From a virus (Duplodnaviria; Heunggongvirae; Uroviricota; Caudoviricetes), in the IMG/VR virus record IMGVR_UViG_3300049216_000317, positions 84,961 to 148,960 of that record: a stretch of DNA of 64,000 nucleotides; one strand, written 5' to 3'. The notes under the pieces are model-generated. The model searched no databases. It worked only from the letters and a program-made list of their open reading frames with translations, and was not told where the DNA came from. The translations under genes were made by a program, and so were the position numbers. Of the stretch, positions 6,625-17,275 are shown in pieces (the stretch's first letter is position 1; every line of letters starts with the position of its first letter).

Positions 6625-9336
6625 TTATTTTTCTTTAACGATTAGGACACGGCTGGTGTTGTAGTTACTCAATGTTCCAGAGTAACTACCCCAGTAAACC
6701 TGAACAGTGTGAAAGCCTGGAGCAACGTTTAAGAGCCAATTTCGAACAACCTGGAAATTGTAACCATTGCCCGGCGCATTAAGGTCACCATTGGCTGGTC
6801 CGACGGGTACGGCATCCACATATATCTGAACGTTGCTGCCGTTGCCGGACCCGTTGTTGTTCATGTCGCCGTAAAACTGAATGTCGAGCGCGCCGCCCGA
6901 GGTCTTTACAATCACAGACATGTCCGGCATCGGCACCATCGCCGTGTATGAAGCCGAAGTAGTTGGGTTGCTCGTAATACCAACTGCCATCGCACTGGCC
7001 TTGGTTGCCGGAAGAGCATTCTTAATTGGAGTTGTCTGACGATCATCGCTGATGGAGTTTGATCCAACAGTTAATGTATTCTGGAAATCTGCATACAAGT
7101 TGGATTTCGGTGAGTACAAAGGAGTAATCACGTCCGCAGACGTAATATTTAGCCCGCTTCCCGTGGCCGTTGTCGTTAATTTTAAAGTGTGAAGTCCGAG
7201 TGTGAGGCCTGAGATTTGAAGCTTGGCTCCGAACCCAGTATCGTTTGTCCAAGTGCTCGTACCAGGAGTCCAGGCAGCCGTGCCTCCTCCGCTGGTGCCG
7301 TTTAAAGCCACCGCAGTGCCCGTATAAGCAGAACCATCGATTTGAATCGTGGAGGTAGTGGCAGTAGATACTCCGTATCCACCAATTTCGACGCCAGTTC
7401 CAAAGAACGTAAATTGAAGAGAATCGCCATTCGTAGTGGACCTGACGATCCAGCCATCGATCGCAGAAGTCTGAACGAGAGCTCCACCCGACCATGAGCC
7501 GGTGTAAGTGAACTCACGAAGAGCCGATTTCCTTAAAACTCCTGCGGAAATTGTCAGTGCAGACTGAGTGCCCGTGGTGGCCGAATAGTTGGCCATAATG
7601 TTGTATGATCCGAGCTGCACGCATCCAGACGGAATCGAGGGAGTTTTGGGCTGATAGACCTTGTAGTTGTATATGCAAAAATCCCAGGTCGTGCTTCCGT
7701 TGCAAAGAATTTGAACCGTATGCGTTCCATAGGGCAACCCTGATGCCACTTTTAAATTAGTCAATACTCCTGAAACAGAAGCAGTCGCAGGAACGTAGCC
7801 CTGAGACACCCCGTCAACATAAACTTGGTATATGGTGGAGGTATTGGTTCCGCTTAAGCTTGGAACATATCCAATGTCCAGCCCAGTGCCAACGAAGGTT
7901 AGGGTTACAAAATATCCAGAAAATCCCCGGACATCGATAACTGAATAGTTACCTACTACCGTACCAAGAGCGACTCCGCTGCTTGCCACCAACGTCGTAA
8001 CCCCATCATCAAGGGTAAATGCGGCAGCTTGCGCGTTGCCAGTGTACAAACTGAAGTCATCGCTTCGGCCTGCACCAAATTCTCTTGGGATATAGGTTCG
8101 AGCGAGTTCTTCATTCGTATGAGAAGCGGCGGTCAAATAGCTCGGCGAGGTCGCATTCTGAGTAAACGCTTGCCCACGCGTTCCTGCCAAAGTGATATAC
8201 TCAACAACGCGACCGCCAGTTGTTCCGACAACTGCTGCGTTGTAAGCCAAAGTTGACTGTGCAGAAAGAACTGATTTTTGTCCTTGGCTATAGGCGATGC
8301 CGGGGTTTACCGTCACAAGGCTTGATCCAGTAGAAACTTGGTTCAAAATTTCGAAACCTTCGAAATCAATATTTCCAGAGTTCAGTCGGATTTTTACGGT
8401 ATGAATACCCAGCGCAAGGCCGGATGCTGCCGGACAAACTAAATTGTAAGGATAGTTTCTTTGCGAAAACCCACTTGCGATTGTCGGGCGAATCGTTGTA
8501 GTGCCTTCTGTCCCGCCGTCTACTGTAACTCGAATATCTTTAGCGCCAGATGCGACGCTACTCAGCATATTGAGTCCTGTTCCATAAAAAACGATCTCAA
8601 CATAGTCATTCAAATTCGAAGAAAATGGACGGGGACCATCGGAATCAATTTGTGAAACCCAACCTGAACCGACAAGACGAACAAGGTTAAAGGTATCATT
8701 GGGAATTCCAAAGACAGGCTCACCGTTTGAGCCAAATTCAGTTTGAATAACTTGTACCGCCTGGGCGCTGATTCGTTCGATTCCGAATCGAGGCTTTAGA
8801 TCTTGAGAAATATCGACAATCGGTGCGCGATTCGTAATTTGAGAATAGAATGTTCCAGCAACAGGTGACCCTACGGTCGTCGTAGCCGTAATAATTGCGT
8901 CAGTTTGACTTACAAAACCCTGGAAAGCTGAATTTTGGTTTGCGTACAACTGCGTAAAGCGGTTGTCCATTGTGAACTGAATTTCAGGCTTCAAACCAAG
9001 TTTGAAAGCTTGAATATTAAGACCAGAAATCAACGAGAAGTTAAGGGTGACTTGCGAAGAAGTTCCGTCGGAACCGATCGAAGTGAACGTATAATCGTTT
9101 GAAGATCCGAGATCGAGCTTTTTACCATCGACAAACAACCAAAAGATGTCCGTAAACGCAGGAACAGCGCCGTTAGCCGCTGCTTGAAGTGTGAAGCCAA
9201 AGTTAATAATTGTCTGGCCAGACGTCGAAGTAGCATAGTACGAATTGATGACTGGCTGAGCAGGACTAAAGGGCAGGTCGTTGCTCGTGGTCTTCTTGAC
9301 GTTGGCTTTGCTGTTTAAACTTTGTGTAATACTCAT
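6625..9336 (-). CDS. tail fibre / receptor-binding protein (903 aa)
   Basis: S/T/G-rich repeated beta modules (TFVGTGLDI, GLPYGTHTV); paralogous to 10476-14345. Confidence 0.75.
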   Translation of the reverse strand: MSITQSLNSKANVKKTTSNDLPFSPAQPVINSYYATSTSGQTIINFGFTLQAAANGAVPAFTDIFWLFVDGKKLDLGSSNDYTFTSIGSDGTSSQVTLNFSLISGLNIQAFKLGLKPEIQFTMDNRFTQLYANQNSAFQGFVSQTDAIITATTTVGSPVAGTFYSQITNRAPIVDISQDLKPRFGIERISAQAVQVIQTEFGSNGEPVFGIPNDTFNLVRLVGSGWVSQIDSDGPRPFSSNLNDYVEIVFYGTGLNMLSSVASGAKDIRVTVDGGTEGTTTIRPTIASGFSQRNYPYNLVCPAASGLALGIHTVKIRLNSGNIDFEGFEILNQVSTGSSLVTVNPGIAYSQGQKSVLSAQSTLAYNAAVVGTTGGRVVEYITLAGTRGQAFTQNATSPSYLTAASHTNEELARTYIPREFGAGRSDDFSLYTGNAQAAAFTLDDGVTTLVASSGVALGTVVGNYSVIDVRGFSGYFVTLTFVGTGLDIGYVPSLSGTNTSTIYQVYVDGVSQGYVPATASVSGVLTNLKVASGLPYGTHTVQILCNGSTTWDFCIYNYKVYQPKTPSIPSGCVQLGSYNIMANYSATTGTQSALTISAGVLRKSALREFTYTGSWSGGALVQTSAIDGWIVRSTTNGDSLQFTFFGTGVEIGGYGVSTATTSTIQIDGSAYTGTAVALNGTSGGGTAAWTPGTSTWTNDTGFGAKLQISGLTLGLHTLKLTTTATGSGLNITSADVITPLYSPKSNLYADFQNTLTVGSNSISDDRQTTPIKNALPATKASAMAVGITSNPTTSASYTAMVPMPDMSVIVKTSGGALDIQFYGDMNNNGSGNGSNVQIYVDAVPVGPANGDLNAPGNGYNFQVVRNWLLNVAPGFHTVQVYWGSYSGTLSNYNTSRVLIVKEK

Positions 9337-9354
9337 ATATTCCCTATATCATTG

Positions 9355-9360
9355 AAGATT
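9355..9360 (-). promoter_or_regulatory. putative late promoter motif AATCTT
   Basis: GCAATCTTCAATGATATAG, 18 nt upstream of the ATG. Confidence 0.55.
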
Positions 9361-9364
9361 GCGC

Positions 9365-10474
9365 TTAGAGTCCGGCGTCGGCGGTCCAGTGTGCATAGCA
9401 TCTCGCCTCTGTTCCAGGATTGTTGACTTCAATGGCGAAACTATCTGTCCCCTGCATCTGGTATGACGAAATTGAGGTGCTTGGGCTTGCGGCGTCAAAA
9501 GAGACCGTGTTGATGGCGCCGGTTCCGTTGGTGTTGTAAACGGCGTTTTGAGGAACGGATCGCTTTTTCACCGAATATTTAATTGAAACACGGCGAACTG
9601 CTCCGGAATTCGTGGTGGCTGTCGTGGAAAACGCGCCGCCTTGAGTGACAGTTCCGATCGTAGTTCCAATATCATAGCTTTTTTCAAAGTAACGTTGGCA
9701 CAAAGCCAATTCTTGTTGGATGTCTTTTCCTGCCCGCTGAAAACCAGTTGAAGAAAAACCAAGAGGCCCTTCAACAATTGAGAATTGGGCGATTTGGATC
9801 GTCGCGCCTGCTGTCGCCATGACGTTTGTCGCAGATGAAGAAGCAACAAGATTTCCAGACTGCCAAGTATTGAGAGTTGACGTGCTCCAGTTTGCTCCGC
9901 CCGCAGCCGCAACATATACGATCAAACCTAGAGTAGTGTCGAAGTTCCAAGAAGATGAATTGGCAGCGGAATCTAGCGGGATCGTCAAAGTAATGAACTG
10001 CCAGCCTGCGCTAGCAGCAAATGTCGTAACATAGCATCGAGTTCCGGCATTATTACCTAATGCGAACGAATAGGTGCCAGAGAGAGATGGGTTGAACCAA
10101 AATCCGAAAGTTGCGGTTTTCCCGTGGATCTTTTGATAGTCCAATCCTTCCATTCGATATTCAAGAGGGATAACAGCATCTGTAGCTGCATAACTTGAAA
10201 GTGCCGTTGTTACGGTAAAAAGCCAACTATATGTACTGTTGTAACCGCTTTGTGCCAAGGTTGGTACGCTCGTAGAGCGAGCAACAGTAAAAGCCTTTGT
10301 GTTCGTACTTCCAACGCTTTGAACCGAGAACATATCAGCCTGTGTGCCGTAAAACGAAGCTGTTTGGTTAACGCTCGTAGTATTACCTTCAATGCGTTGC
10401 CAGTAATCAAAGTTTCCGTTGATCGCGAGGTTTTTGAGTTCTGCTGGGTAGTGAACACCCTGAATCTTTGCCAT
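9365..10474 (-). CDS. tail fibre protein with carbohydrate-binding-like domain
   Basis: NLAINGNFDYWQR and ELALCQRYFEKSY, motifs typical of phage fibre domains. Confidence 0.75.
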   Translation of the reverse strand: MAKIQGVHYPAELKNLAINGNFDYWQRIEGNTTSVNQTASFYGTQADMFSVQSVGSTNTKAFTVARSTSVPTLAQSGYNSTYSWLFTVTTALSSYAATDAVIPLEYRMEGLDYQKIHGKTATFGFWFNPSLSGTYSFALGNNAGTRCYVTTFAASAGWQFITLTIPLDSAANSSSWNFDTTLGLIVYVAAAGGANWSTSTLNTWQSGNLVASSSATNVMATAGATIQIAQFSIVEGPLGFSSTGFQRAGKDIQQELALCQRYFEKSYDIGTTIGTVTQGGAFSTTATTNSGAVRRVSIKYSVKKRSVPQNAVYNTNGTGAINTVSFDAASPSTSISSYQMQGTDSFAIEVNNPGTEARCYAHWTADAGL

Positions 10475-10475
10475 A

Positions 10476-13400
10476 TTAAAGCTCCTTTACCGTCATCACG
10501 CGATATGTACCGATAGCCGTTAGCGTTCCGGAGAACGCATACCAATAGAGATCAATTTTGTGATAACCAGGCGAGAGGTAGACCAAATTCGAAAGTCCAT
10601 AGCCAACATCATCAGTAGCTGGCGGTGCGGAGTTGCCCACGATTGCGTTCTGAACGATTCCGTCCACAGCAAATACTAAGAAAACGCCATTGCCAGAGCT
10701 TGTGCGAATTTGTACATCCGCACGAAGATCAAACCAGTTGCCTAGAGTTTTGACGACCAAAGACATATCAGGCATCGGAACTGCCGATGTTGCCGACGTC
10801 GTTGGTGATGTAAGGACACCCACAGCTTGGCCGCGGTATTTCGCTGCCGACTGGTTAGGAAGAATAGTCAGATTGCGATCGTCAAAGATTCCCTGCGAGC
10901 CAATTGCAAAAGTATTCTGGAAGTCGGAATAAATGTTCGTTTTATAAGAATGGATTGGCGTAATAATGTCGAAGCACTCAAGCGGCATCGCCGAACCACT
11001 ATTATATGAAACCTTAACAGTATGAAGCCCAAGCGAAAGCCCTGAAACCACCACACCAGATCCAAAAGAATTCGAAGTGTTCGTCGTGAACACTCCTGTA
11101 GAGGCCGTGAATGCGGTGACAGATCCGTAAAACGAAGTCGTATAGCTTGAAAGGTTTGAACTTCCATCGATGCTGACCGTAGCATTTAGGGCAGTTGTTC
11201 CTGGAGTTCCCATTCGCATGTCGAAACCAGTGCCAAAGAATGTATAGGTATAATAGTTACCTGAAGAAGACCCGTTAACGTAAAGACCCGTCGTTGAACC
11301 GGCTGTTCCTGCGGCAACTTGGTTAACTACTGACCAAGTTCCAAAATAGACAATCTCGCGCGCTGCGCTTTTGCGCAAAACTCCAGTCGAAACATACTCT
11401 GATCCGGCAGTTGTATTGGCCACGAAGTTCGCCATGACGTTGTAATCAGCCAAGGCAATCGCACCGCTTGGGAGCGTCGGTTTCTTCGGTTGGTAAACGA
11501 TAAAATTCAAAATGTCGAACGAACCAATTGACCCTGTGTTAACAAGTTTCAGCGTGTGAGTTCCATAAGGAAGTCCTGAAGCAACGGTTACCGTTCTGAT
11601 TGCGGAAAGGGTAGGGGTGATTGTCCCAACTGATGTTCCGTCAATATACGCAGTCATAGGACGAGAATTTCCGTCGCAAGAAATCGACAGATCAATTCCA
11701 GTTCCTACAAATGTAATTTGCGTGAAGTAAGAGCTTGTGCCTTGAGTTTCCAGACCTTCATGGCCCGAAATTAAGGATTCAAAGCCACCGCTGGAAGTGG
11801 TTAATGTCGTTGTGTCGTCATCAAGTGTGAAAACACGAACTTGATTTGAAGTTCCTGTCGCAAAATCGTCTGATCGGCTCGACCCAAATTCACGAGGGAA
11901 ATAGACTCTCGCAACTTCTTCATTCGTATGGCTGGCAGACGTCAGAAATAAGCTTGTTGAATTAGCAGCATTCCATGCCTGTCCAATTGTTCCACTTGAA
12001 GAAAGATAGTGAAGAATGCGTCCGCCGCGAGTGCCAGTAACGTTTGCGTTATAGGCAATTGACGACTGCGAAGTTAACGAGATCTTTTTTCCGCCAATAT
12101 AACCAACACCGGGAGGGGTGATTACGTTTGACGAAGAGTTGACGATCTCAAAACCGAAGAGATCTTGGTCAACGGTTGAAGTTGTACGAATACGAACCGT
12201 ATGAACTCCAAGAGTAAGACCCGATGCAACGCTAACAACTTGGTTTACACCATAACTTCTTGCGGAAATTACGTTTGAGTTACCAAGTGGGAAGGCTGTT
12301 TCAGATCCACCATCAACCGATACTGCAAAGGCTCGGGTTGCAACGTCCGCCAAAAGCAGGGCGTTAAGTCCTGTTCCGTAGAATACAATTTCAGCGTATG
12401 CCGTGCTTGATGCGATAATTCCAAGGCGAACACGCGCACCGTTGCCGTCAACGAAAGAATCGCACGCACCGACCAAACGAACTTGACCAAATTGATCACC
12501 ATCAACAGCAAAGACAGGCTCGCCGTTAGGGCCAAACTCTGTCGTAAGAAGGTTTGCCGTTTGAGTCATGATACGGTCAATGCCCATGCGGGGCTTAAGA
12601 TCTTGAGTAAAATCAACGATAGCTGCACGATTCGTGATTGCTGAGTAGAACGAACCTGCCACCGGAGTTCCGACGGTCGTGGTTGCGTTCATCAGTTGCG
12701 CTTGGCTTACAGCCGACTGGAAGTTATTTGAAATGATCTCTTGCTGTTGGCTGATCGCCGTAGTGTTGGTCGTCGAAGAATCAATGACCTGCAAGTCGTA
12801 AACGACCATGACTTCAAGAGCCTGAGTCGAATAGTTTTGATCAAGCTGAATCGCATTTGCTGCATATTCAGTGTAATAACCGTCAGAAGAAGAAGTAGTT
12901 CCTGCAAGGTAACGGTTAAAGACCAAGCCGTTCACGGTCACAAACAACGAGCCCACAGTTCCCGACGAGTTAACGCCAATAGGATATGTGTTGTTCGTAA
13001 ACGTAATCGTGGTTTTCCCACCAACGACCGAAATTGTCATGTTGTTCTGTGCCGTACCTACGATATTGGTCATACCCTGAGCAGACCAAATCACGTTATT
13101 CGTGCTAGCTGCCGTAACAGACTTTTGCAGGAATGCCTTGTAAGTGATCAGATTTACTGTGCCTGAACCAATTGATGCATTTGCAAAGAATCGCAAATAA
13201 AGGCTTGTGCCAGCAGAAGGAAGAATCGTGCTAGGAATCGTCGTCGTCGCCGACGAAGGACGAGTTTGAACAGTCGTAAAGTTTGTTCCGTCCGGAGAAG
13301 CGACGTATGAAACGTAAGGACCTACGTTCGGGGTGAAGATATTTGAACCCGAAGTCGCATTGTCCTTATAGTCGACCATAATTTCAGAAAAAGTGGTCGA

Positions 13401-14345
13401 GCCAAATTCAGTCGACAAAGCAACGCCATCAACCGAAAGGTTGTAGATGTCCTTTGTAATGACGGCTTGCGAAACAACGCAAGAAGCCGCTGTCAAAGCT
13501 GAAGGAAAAGCCGATTCCAATGTGTAAGACGTTTGACTTGCAACAGCCGTAATTTTGCGTGCGTAACCGCCAGAAACTAGAACATCGCCCGCCGCAACTG
13601 TATAAGCCGGTGCGGCTGACATTGTTGCGGTTGTTCCTGAAGTCGTAACCGTTTTGGAAGCATCATAGCTAACTGCGTACATTGCCTTGGCGGCATTGAA
13701 AGCTGCATTGGTGTTTGGCGAAGTCGCATTGACAGAAGAATTGGCATTTGATGCGCTTTCTCCGAAAAGATCAGAGAATGATGCCTGGAACTGCAAAGAA
13801 TCCAGATCGTCGCCGATGCCAGAACCAGTTCCGCCCGATCCGGCTGATCCCAGCCGAGCCGATTGGCCCGCATTAAATGCGGCTCCATTGCGGAAATAAA
13901 GACGTTGAGTGCCGTCAGTGGCATCCAAGCGTTTTGCAATCAAGAAGACTTCGAGGTTTGCAGAAGAGACCGCAGGTAAAGCGCTACCGCTTGTAACAAT
14001 CGACAAAGTGCCAGTGGCAGCTGTGCGATTGATCGTCGCGATAAGCATATCGCCAGAGTTCGTGAAGGTTTGTGAAGTCGAACCTAAATTGATGACGTAA
14101 GGGGTTGCTCCAGCAATGTTTTGATTGATGGAAAGTTTTAGGTTGTCAGTAAACTGGACTTGAGTCCCGGTAAAAGTAATCGTTCCGCCATCCGAAATAA
14201 GGATGTTACGGTCTTCGAAAAGCTTACCGATCTCGGCGTCATGCGCAAGAAAGGCGGTGTCCATGCCGGTATTGGTTCCGGTGCCCACCATGTTGGCGGC
14301 TGGGCGGAGAACTGACTGTCGAATATCTAAGGGTGTGCCTGCCAT
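10476..14345 (-). CDS. long tail fibre / receptor-binding protein (1289 aa)
   Basis: S/T/G-rich; the C-terminal ~750 aa are homologous to 6625-9336. Confidence 0.75.
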   Translation of the reverse strand: MAGTPLDIRQSVLRPAANMVGTGTNTGMDTAFLAHDAEIGKLFEDRNILISDGGTITFTGTQVQFTDNLKLSINQNIAGATPYVINLGSTSQTFTNSGDMLIATINRTAATGTLSIVTSGSALPAVSSANLEVFLIAKRLDATDGTQRLYFRNGAAFNAGQSARLGSAGSGGTGSGIGDDLDSLQFQASFSDLFGESASNANSSVNATSPNTNAAFNAAKAMYAVSYDASKTVTTSGTTATMSAAPAYTVAAGDVLVSGGYARKITAVASQTSYTLESAFPSALTAASCVVSQAVITKDIYNLSVDGVALSTEFGSTTFSEIMVDYKDNATSGSNIFTPNVGPYVSYVASPDGTNFTTVQTRPSSATTTIPSTILPSAGTSLYLRFFANASIGSGTVNLITYKAFLQKSVTAASTNNVIWSAQGMTNIVGTAQNNMTISVVGGKTTITFTNNTYPIGVNSSGTVGSLFVTVNGLVFNRYLAGTTSSSDGYYTEYAANAIQLDQNYSTQALEVMVVYDLQVIDSSTTNTTAISQQQEIISNNFQSAVSQAQLMNATTTVGTPVAGSFYSAITNRAAIVDFTQDLKPRMGIDRIMTQTANLLTTEFGPNGEPVFAVDGDQFGQVRLVGACDSFVDGNGARVRLGIIASSTAYAEIVFYGTGLNALLLADVATRAFAVSVDGGSETAFPLGNSNVISARSYGVNQVVSVASGLTLGVHTVRIRTTSTVDQDLFGFEIVNSSSNVITPPGVGYIGGKKISLTSQSSIAYNANVTGTRGGRILHYLSSSGTIGQAWNAANSTSLFLTSASHTNEEVARVYFPREFGSSRSDDFATGTSNQVRVFTLDDDTTTLTTSSGGFESLISGHEGLETQGTSSYFTQITFVGTGIDLSISCDGNSRPMTAYIDGTSVGTITPTLSAIRTVTVASGLPYGTHTLKLVNTGSIGSFDILNFIVYQPKKPTLPSGAIALADYNVMANFVANTTAGSEYVSTGVLRKSAAREIVYFGTWSVVNQVAAGTAGSTTGLYVNGSSSGNYYTYTFFGTGFDMRMGTPGTTALNATVSIDGSSNLSSYTTSFYGSVTAFTASTGVFTTNTSNSFGSGVVVSGLSLGLHTVKVSYNSGSAMPLECFDIITPIHSYKTNIYSDFQNTFAIGSQGIFDDRNLTILPNQSAAKYRGQAVGVLTSPTTSATSAVPMPDMSLVVKTLGNWFDLRADVQIRTSSGNGVFLVFAVDGIVQNAIVGNSAPPATDDVGYGLSNLVYLSPGYHKIDLYWYAFSGTLTAIGTYRVMTVKEL

Positions 14346-14375
14346 TTTTTTACCTCAAAATCTTTATATCGTGTC

Positions 14376-14723
14376 TCAACTTGTTCGCTCGCTACGGATG
14401 TCGATGCGATCTCCAACAACTAATTGGAAAGTGAACTGAATCGCGGTGTAGTTCGGACCTGAACCTGATGTGGTCCAGTCGTAAACTTGCTCAAGTCTTT
14501 GACCGTTGAGATCAATGTTAATGTTCGCCACGCTTTCAGCGTTGAGCGTGTATGAAAAGCTTGCTGGCAAAGTAAGCGCCGTGCCTGCCGTAACGGGTCC
14601 GTTCACCGATGAAGGTGCGGTCCCGCCCGAAGCAACGATCGAAATACTTTGATCGTAAATATCCTGGCCAGATACTGAGACCTGCCTTGGGAATCCGTTT
14701 ACGATCTGCAAGAAGCTTGGCAC
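14376..14723 (-). CDS. small structural protein (fibre module)
   Basis: LNGQRL...DW...I.F...LVVGD.I pattern shared with the C-terminus of 17276-21019; GGGAG RBS before GTG. Confidence 0.65.
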   Translation of the reverse strand: MPSFLQIVNGFPRQVSVSGQDIYDQSISIVASGGTAPSSVNGPVTAGTALTLPASFSYTLNAESVANINIDLNGQRLEQVYDWTTSGSGPNYTAIQFTFQLVVGDRIDIRSERTS

Positions 14724-16478
14724 TTAGTTGACTCCCACTGGAGCAATCAAAACGTCGATCGTGCTGGTTGAACTTGCGATACCCAGACGGCAGACAGCCT
14801 GACCAGAAGTCGTGCTTGCAGTTGAAGTAATCGCTCCGCTTGCAGCTAAGAAAACAGGGAGACCGACTTGGCCAGTCGTAAAGTTGGTATCAGACGATCC
14901 CAAGGTGTATGCGCCAAGGGTTGTAGCCAAGATGGTTGTTCCAGCGGTAACAGTCGTTGCTGAGTTAAAGATGCCGATCACATAGAACAAATCGTAAGAA
15001 GTGGTCGTGATGTCGGCAGCATAAACCCGACCTGCTGTTTCACTATTTGAGGGAATTCCCCAGCGAAGAGCATAAGTCGTATTTGCGGTGAAGGATTGGC
15101 CAGCAACAAAAGAACGTTTAACCGCAGGAGCGTTTTGAACCGACGCTGCTGTGCCAGCACCACCTGTGATAGTAGCCTGGTCAAATGCGCCAGTTGCGAG
15201 TTGTGTTGCGCTGATACCAGCGTTTTTAACCGCAACTTGGTTTGAGCCGTTAATATTTAGGGTCGTGCCGTCGGTATTAACCAACAGACCCGAAGAAACC
15301 AGCAAACCAGACGAAGTCGCCAAAGCAACTTTAACGCCCGAAGCCGAAGACGAAAGTGAAGTGTCTGCAAACAACAGCGCCAAGGCAGATGAACTGACCT
15401 GGATACCACCAGTTGTCGAAACTGTAACACTTAGGCCTGAAGATGAAACAGCGATGGCCGATCCAGTTGCGGCAAGAACAGAAAGTGTATTGCCTGATTT
15501 CGTAAGACCGTTACCGGCAACGATTTGACCAGATCCTGAGATTTGGACCCATGATCCGCTGGCAGAGTAAGAGAATTGAAGGTTGGCGTTAACCGTACCT
15601 TGCAGAACGAGAACAGTGTCACCAGCTTGAGGCGCGCCAGTTCCTGACTGACCGTCGGTTGCTAGAGTCCAAGTGATTGCAGAACCAGAAACTGCTGCAA
15701 CGTAAACTTCGTTGTTGCCTGTTCCTAAATTCGTGAACAGGACGCGCATACCATTCGTGACCGTAACGCCGTCAATCAGAGTAGCAGTCGTTGCAGGCTT
15801 ACTCGTATCGACTGAATCCAAAAGATTCACTTCTGGACGCCATGCGATACCAGAAACAAAACTCATCAACTGGCCATAGGTAGCGGCGTCAGTTGAAACC
15901 GATCCGTTAGCCAAGTTCGTGAGCTTGAATCCGCCCATTGATTGTGCGGCTGCAAAAGCCACAGAACCGTTTGATTGGATTGCAGTCAAAACCAGACCAA
16001 GGTTTACGTTCGCATCTGGCATTGTAACCGTGCGAGTCGTTCCCGTTGAAATCGTAGCTGCGTTGAAGGCTAATTTCTTCGTATTGTCCGAAGAATTGTA
16101 GATGTAAAAAACTGAATCTGAGTAATTTGTCTTACCGACAGTCGCTAAGGCCGAATCAATAGCCGTCAAAGCACCTTTTACGGTTGCGGTGGCGGGGGTA
16201 AAATTCGTATAGGAAGCGTTATCACCGATGAGCGTGGAGCCCGCAGAACCCGAAGTCGACGAACCAAGGGCCGAGGTACGAGTGTAGATCGTATCGTGGG
16301 TGTGATAGGTTGAACCGACTTCAGTACCGTTCTGGAGCGCAATCAGGCGTCCCAGGATAGTATCGGTCAGACTGTAGCTTGCGGTTGATAGTGCTTGAAC
16401 CTGAAGAGTATTCTGGCTCAGATCAACTTGGCGCTGAACGCCGTTGACGAGACGTGAAAGTAGACTAATTGTGGCCAT
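14724..16478 (-). CDS. tail fibre / virion structural protein (584 aa)
   Basis: MGGFKLTNLANG...DAATYGQL fibre motif; low-complexity S/T/G shaft. Confidence 0.7.
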   Translation of the reverse strand: MATISLLSRLVNGVQRQVDLSQNTLQVQALSTASYSLTDTILGRLIALQNGTEVGSTYHTHDTIYTRTSALGSSTSGSAGSTLIGDNASYTNFTPATATVKGALTAIDSALATVGKTNYSDSVFYIYNSSDNTKKLAFNAATISTGTTRTVTMPDANVNLGLVLTAIQSNGSVAFAAAQSMGGFKLTNLANGSVSTDAATYGQLMSFVSGIAWRPEVNLLDSVDTSKPATTATLIDGVTVTNGMRVLFTNLGTGNNEVYVAAVSGSAITWTLATDGQSGTGAPQAGDTVLVLQGTVNANLQFSYSASGSWVQISGSGQIVAGNGLTKSGNTLSVLAATGSAIAVSSSGLSVTVSTTGGIQVSSSALALLFADTSLSSSASGVKVALATSSGLLVSSGLLVNTDGTTLNINGSNQVAVKNAGISATQLATGAFDQATITGGAGTAASVQNAPAVKRSFVAGQSFTANTTYALRWGIPSNSETAGRVYAADITTTSYDLFYVIGIFNSATTVTAGTTILATTLGAYTLGSSDTNFTTGQVGLPVFLAASGAITSTASTTSGQAVCRLGIASSTSTIDVLIAPVGVN

Positions 16479-16505
16479 TATGCTTCCCTAGAGAGTCGGT
16501 TTGAT

Positions 16506-16793
16506 CTAAAGATTGGCGGCCTTTTTAGATCTGCGCTTCCTAGGTGATTTTTTGGCCTTTTCCGGCTTTTTTTCGATGTTTTCAGGTACTTGTGCAGGAA
16601 CTTTGTCCATTTCGACAAATGCGCACTGCATTTTTGCTTCAAGACCATAGACGGATAAAAGCTTATTAACTTCGTTGATGCAGTTATCGACCATGTCACG
16701 GATCTTGTTGCCCAGTTGAGCAGCCAAATTTTCCGTTTCCTCTTTTGAGAGCTTTTGCACATCGATGTGCCGGGCTCGATCTTTTAGTTCCAT
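16506..16793 (-). CDS. hypothetical protein with basic C-terminus
   Basis: 95-aa ORF ending KKSPRKRRSKK. Confidence 0.6.
   Translation of the reverse strand: MELKDRARHIDVQKLSKEETENLAAQLGNKIRDMVDNCINEVNKLLSVYGLEAKMQCAFVEMDKVPAQVPENIEKKPEKAKKSPRKRRSKKAANL
16509..16514 (-). promoter_or_regulatory. putative late promoter motif AATCTT
   Basis: CCAATCTTTAGATCAAA, 30 nt upstream of the ATG at 16478. Confidence 0.55.
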
Positions 16794-16813
16794 GCCCTAA
16801 TCCTTTAGCTGGC

Positions 16814-17269
16814 TTATAGCTGACCGACGATGATCCGATTCAGCTGAATGTCTTGTTCTTCGGTATCGAACTCGTTTGGAACGACAACGCCCACAAAAAC
16901 GACAAACATACCTTCTGACCATCCTGTAGCATTTATATCAGGCTTTACATTGGTCAGACTTCCGGGGGTTAAGCCCAAATAAATGGCGTCCCCGATGGCA
17001 AAACCAAGATCAATCGGAATATTTTCGATTCGCCCGTCTGAAACGACTTGACCAGATGCGCCAGAGGGCAAAGCGATTTGAGTCAGACCGACAAACGAAG
17101 TCACTAAAGACTCCACACTAGGATCGGTGTAAACTATGTTGCCTGCCGTATTGGCTGAAACTGGGGCGCAGGCATTCATGTTTGCGCCCGTGCCGTTTTG
17201 GTAGCCCGTAGACGTCGCTCTCGAACTGATATTTGGATTCGCACCGCGAATAAGTGGATTGTAACCCAT
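16814..17269 (-). CDS. virion structural protein (cement/fibre beta-module-like)
   Basis: G.V...G.IE....G..IGDAIYLG..PG.LT pattern, similar to the C-terminal module of 14724-16478. Confidence 0.5.
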   Translation of the reverse strand: MGYNPLIRGANPNISSRATSTGYQNGTGANMNACAPVSANTAGNIVYTDPSVESLVTSFVGLTQIALPSGASGQVVSDGRIENIPIDLGFAIGDAIYLGLTPGSLTNVKPDINATGWSEGMFVVFVGVVVPNEFDTEEQDIQLNRIIVGQL

Positions 17270-17275
17270 GTGTCC

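Noticed and set aside
14359-14364. AATCTT in the 14346-14375 gap
   Set aside because: It is on the + strand, opposite to the flanking genes, and is probably chance given the hexamer's frequency.
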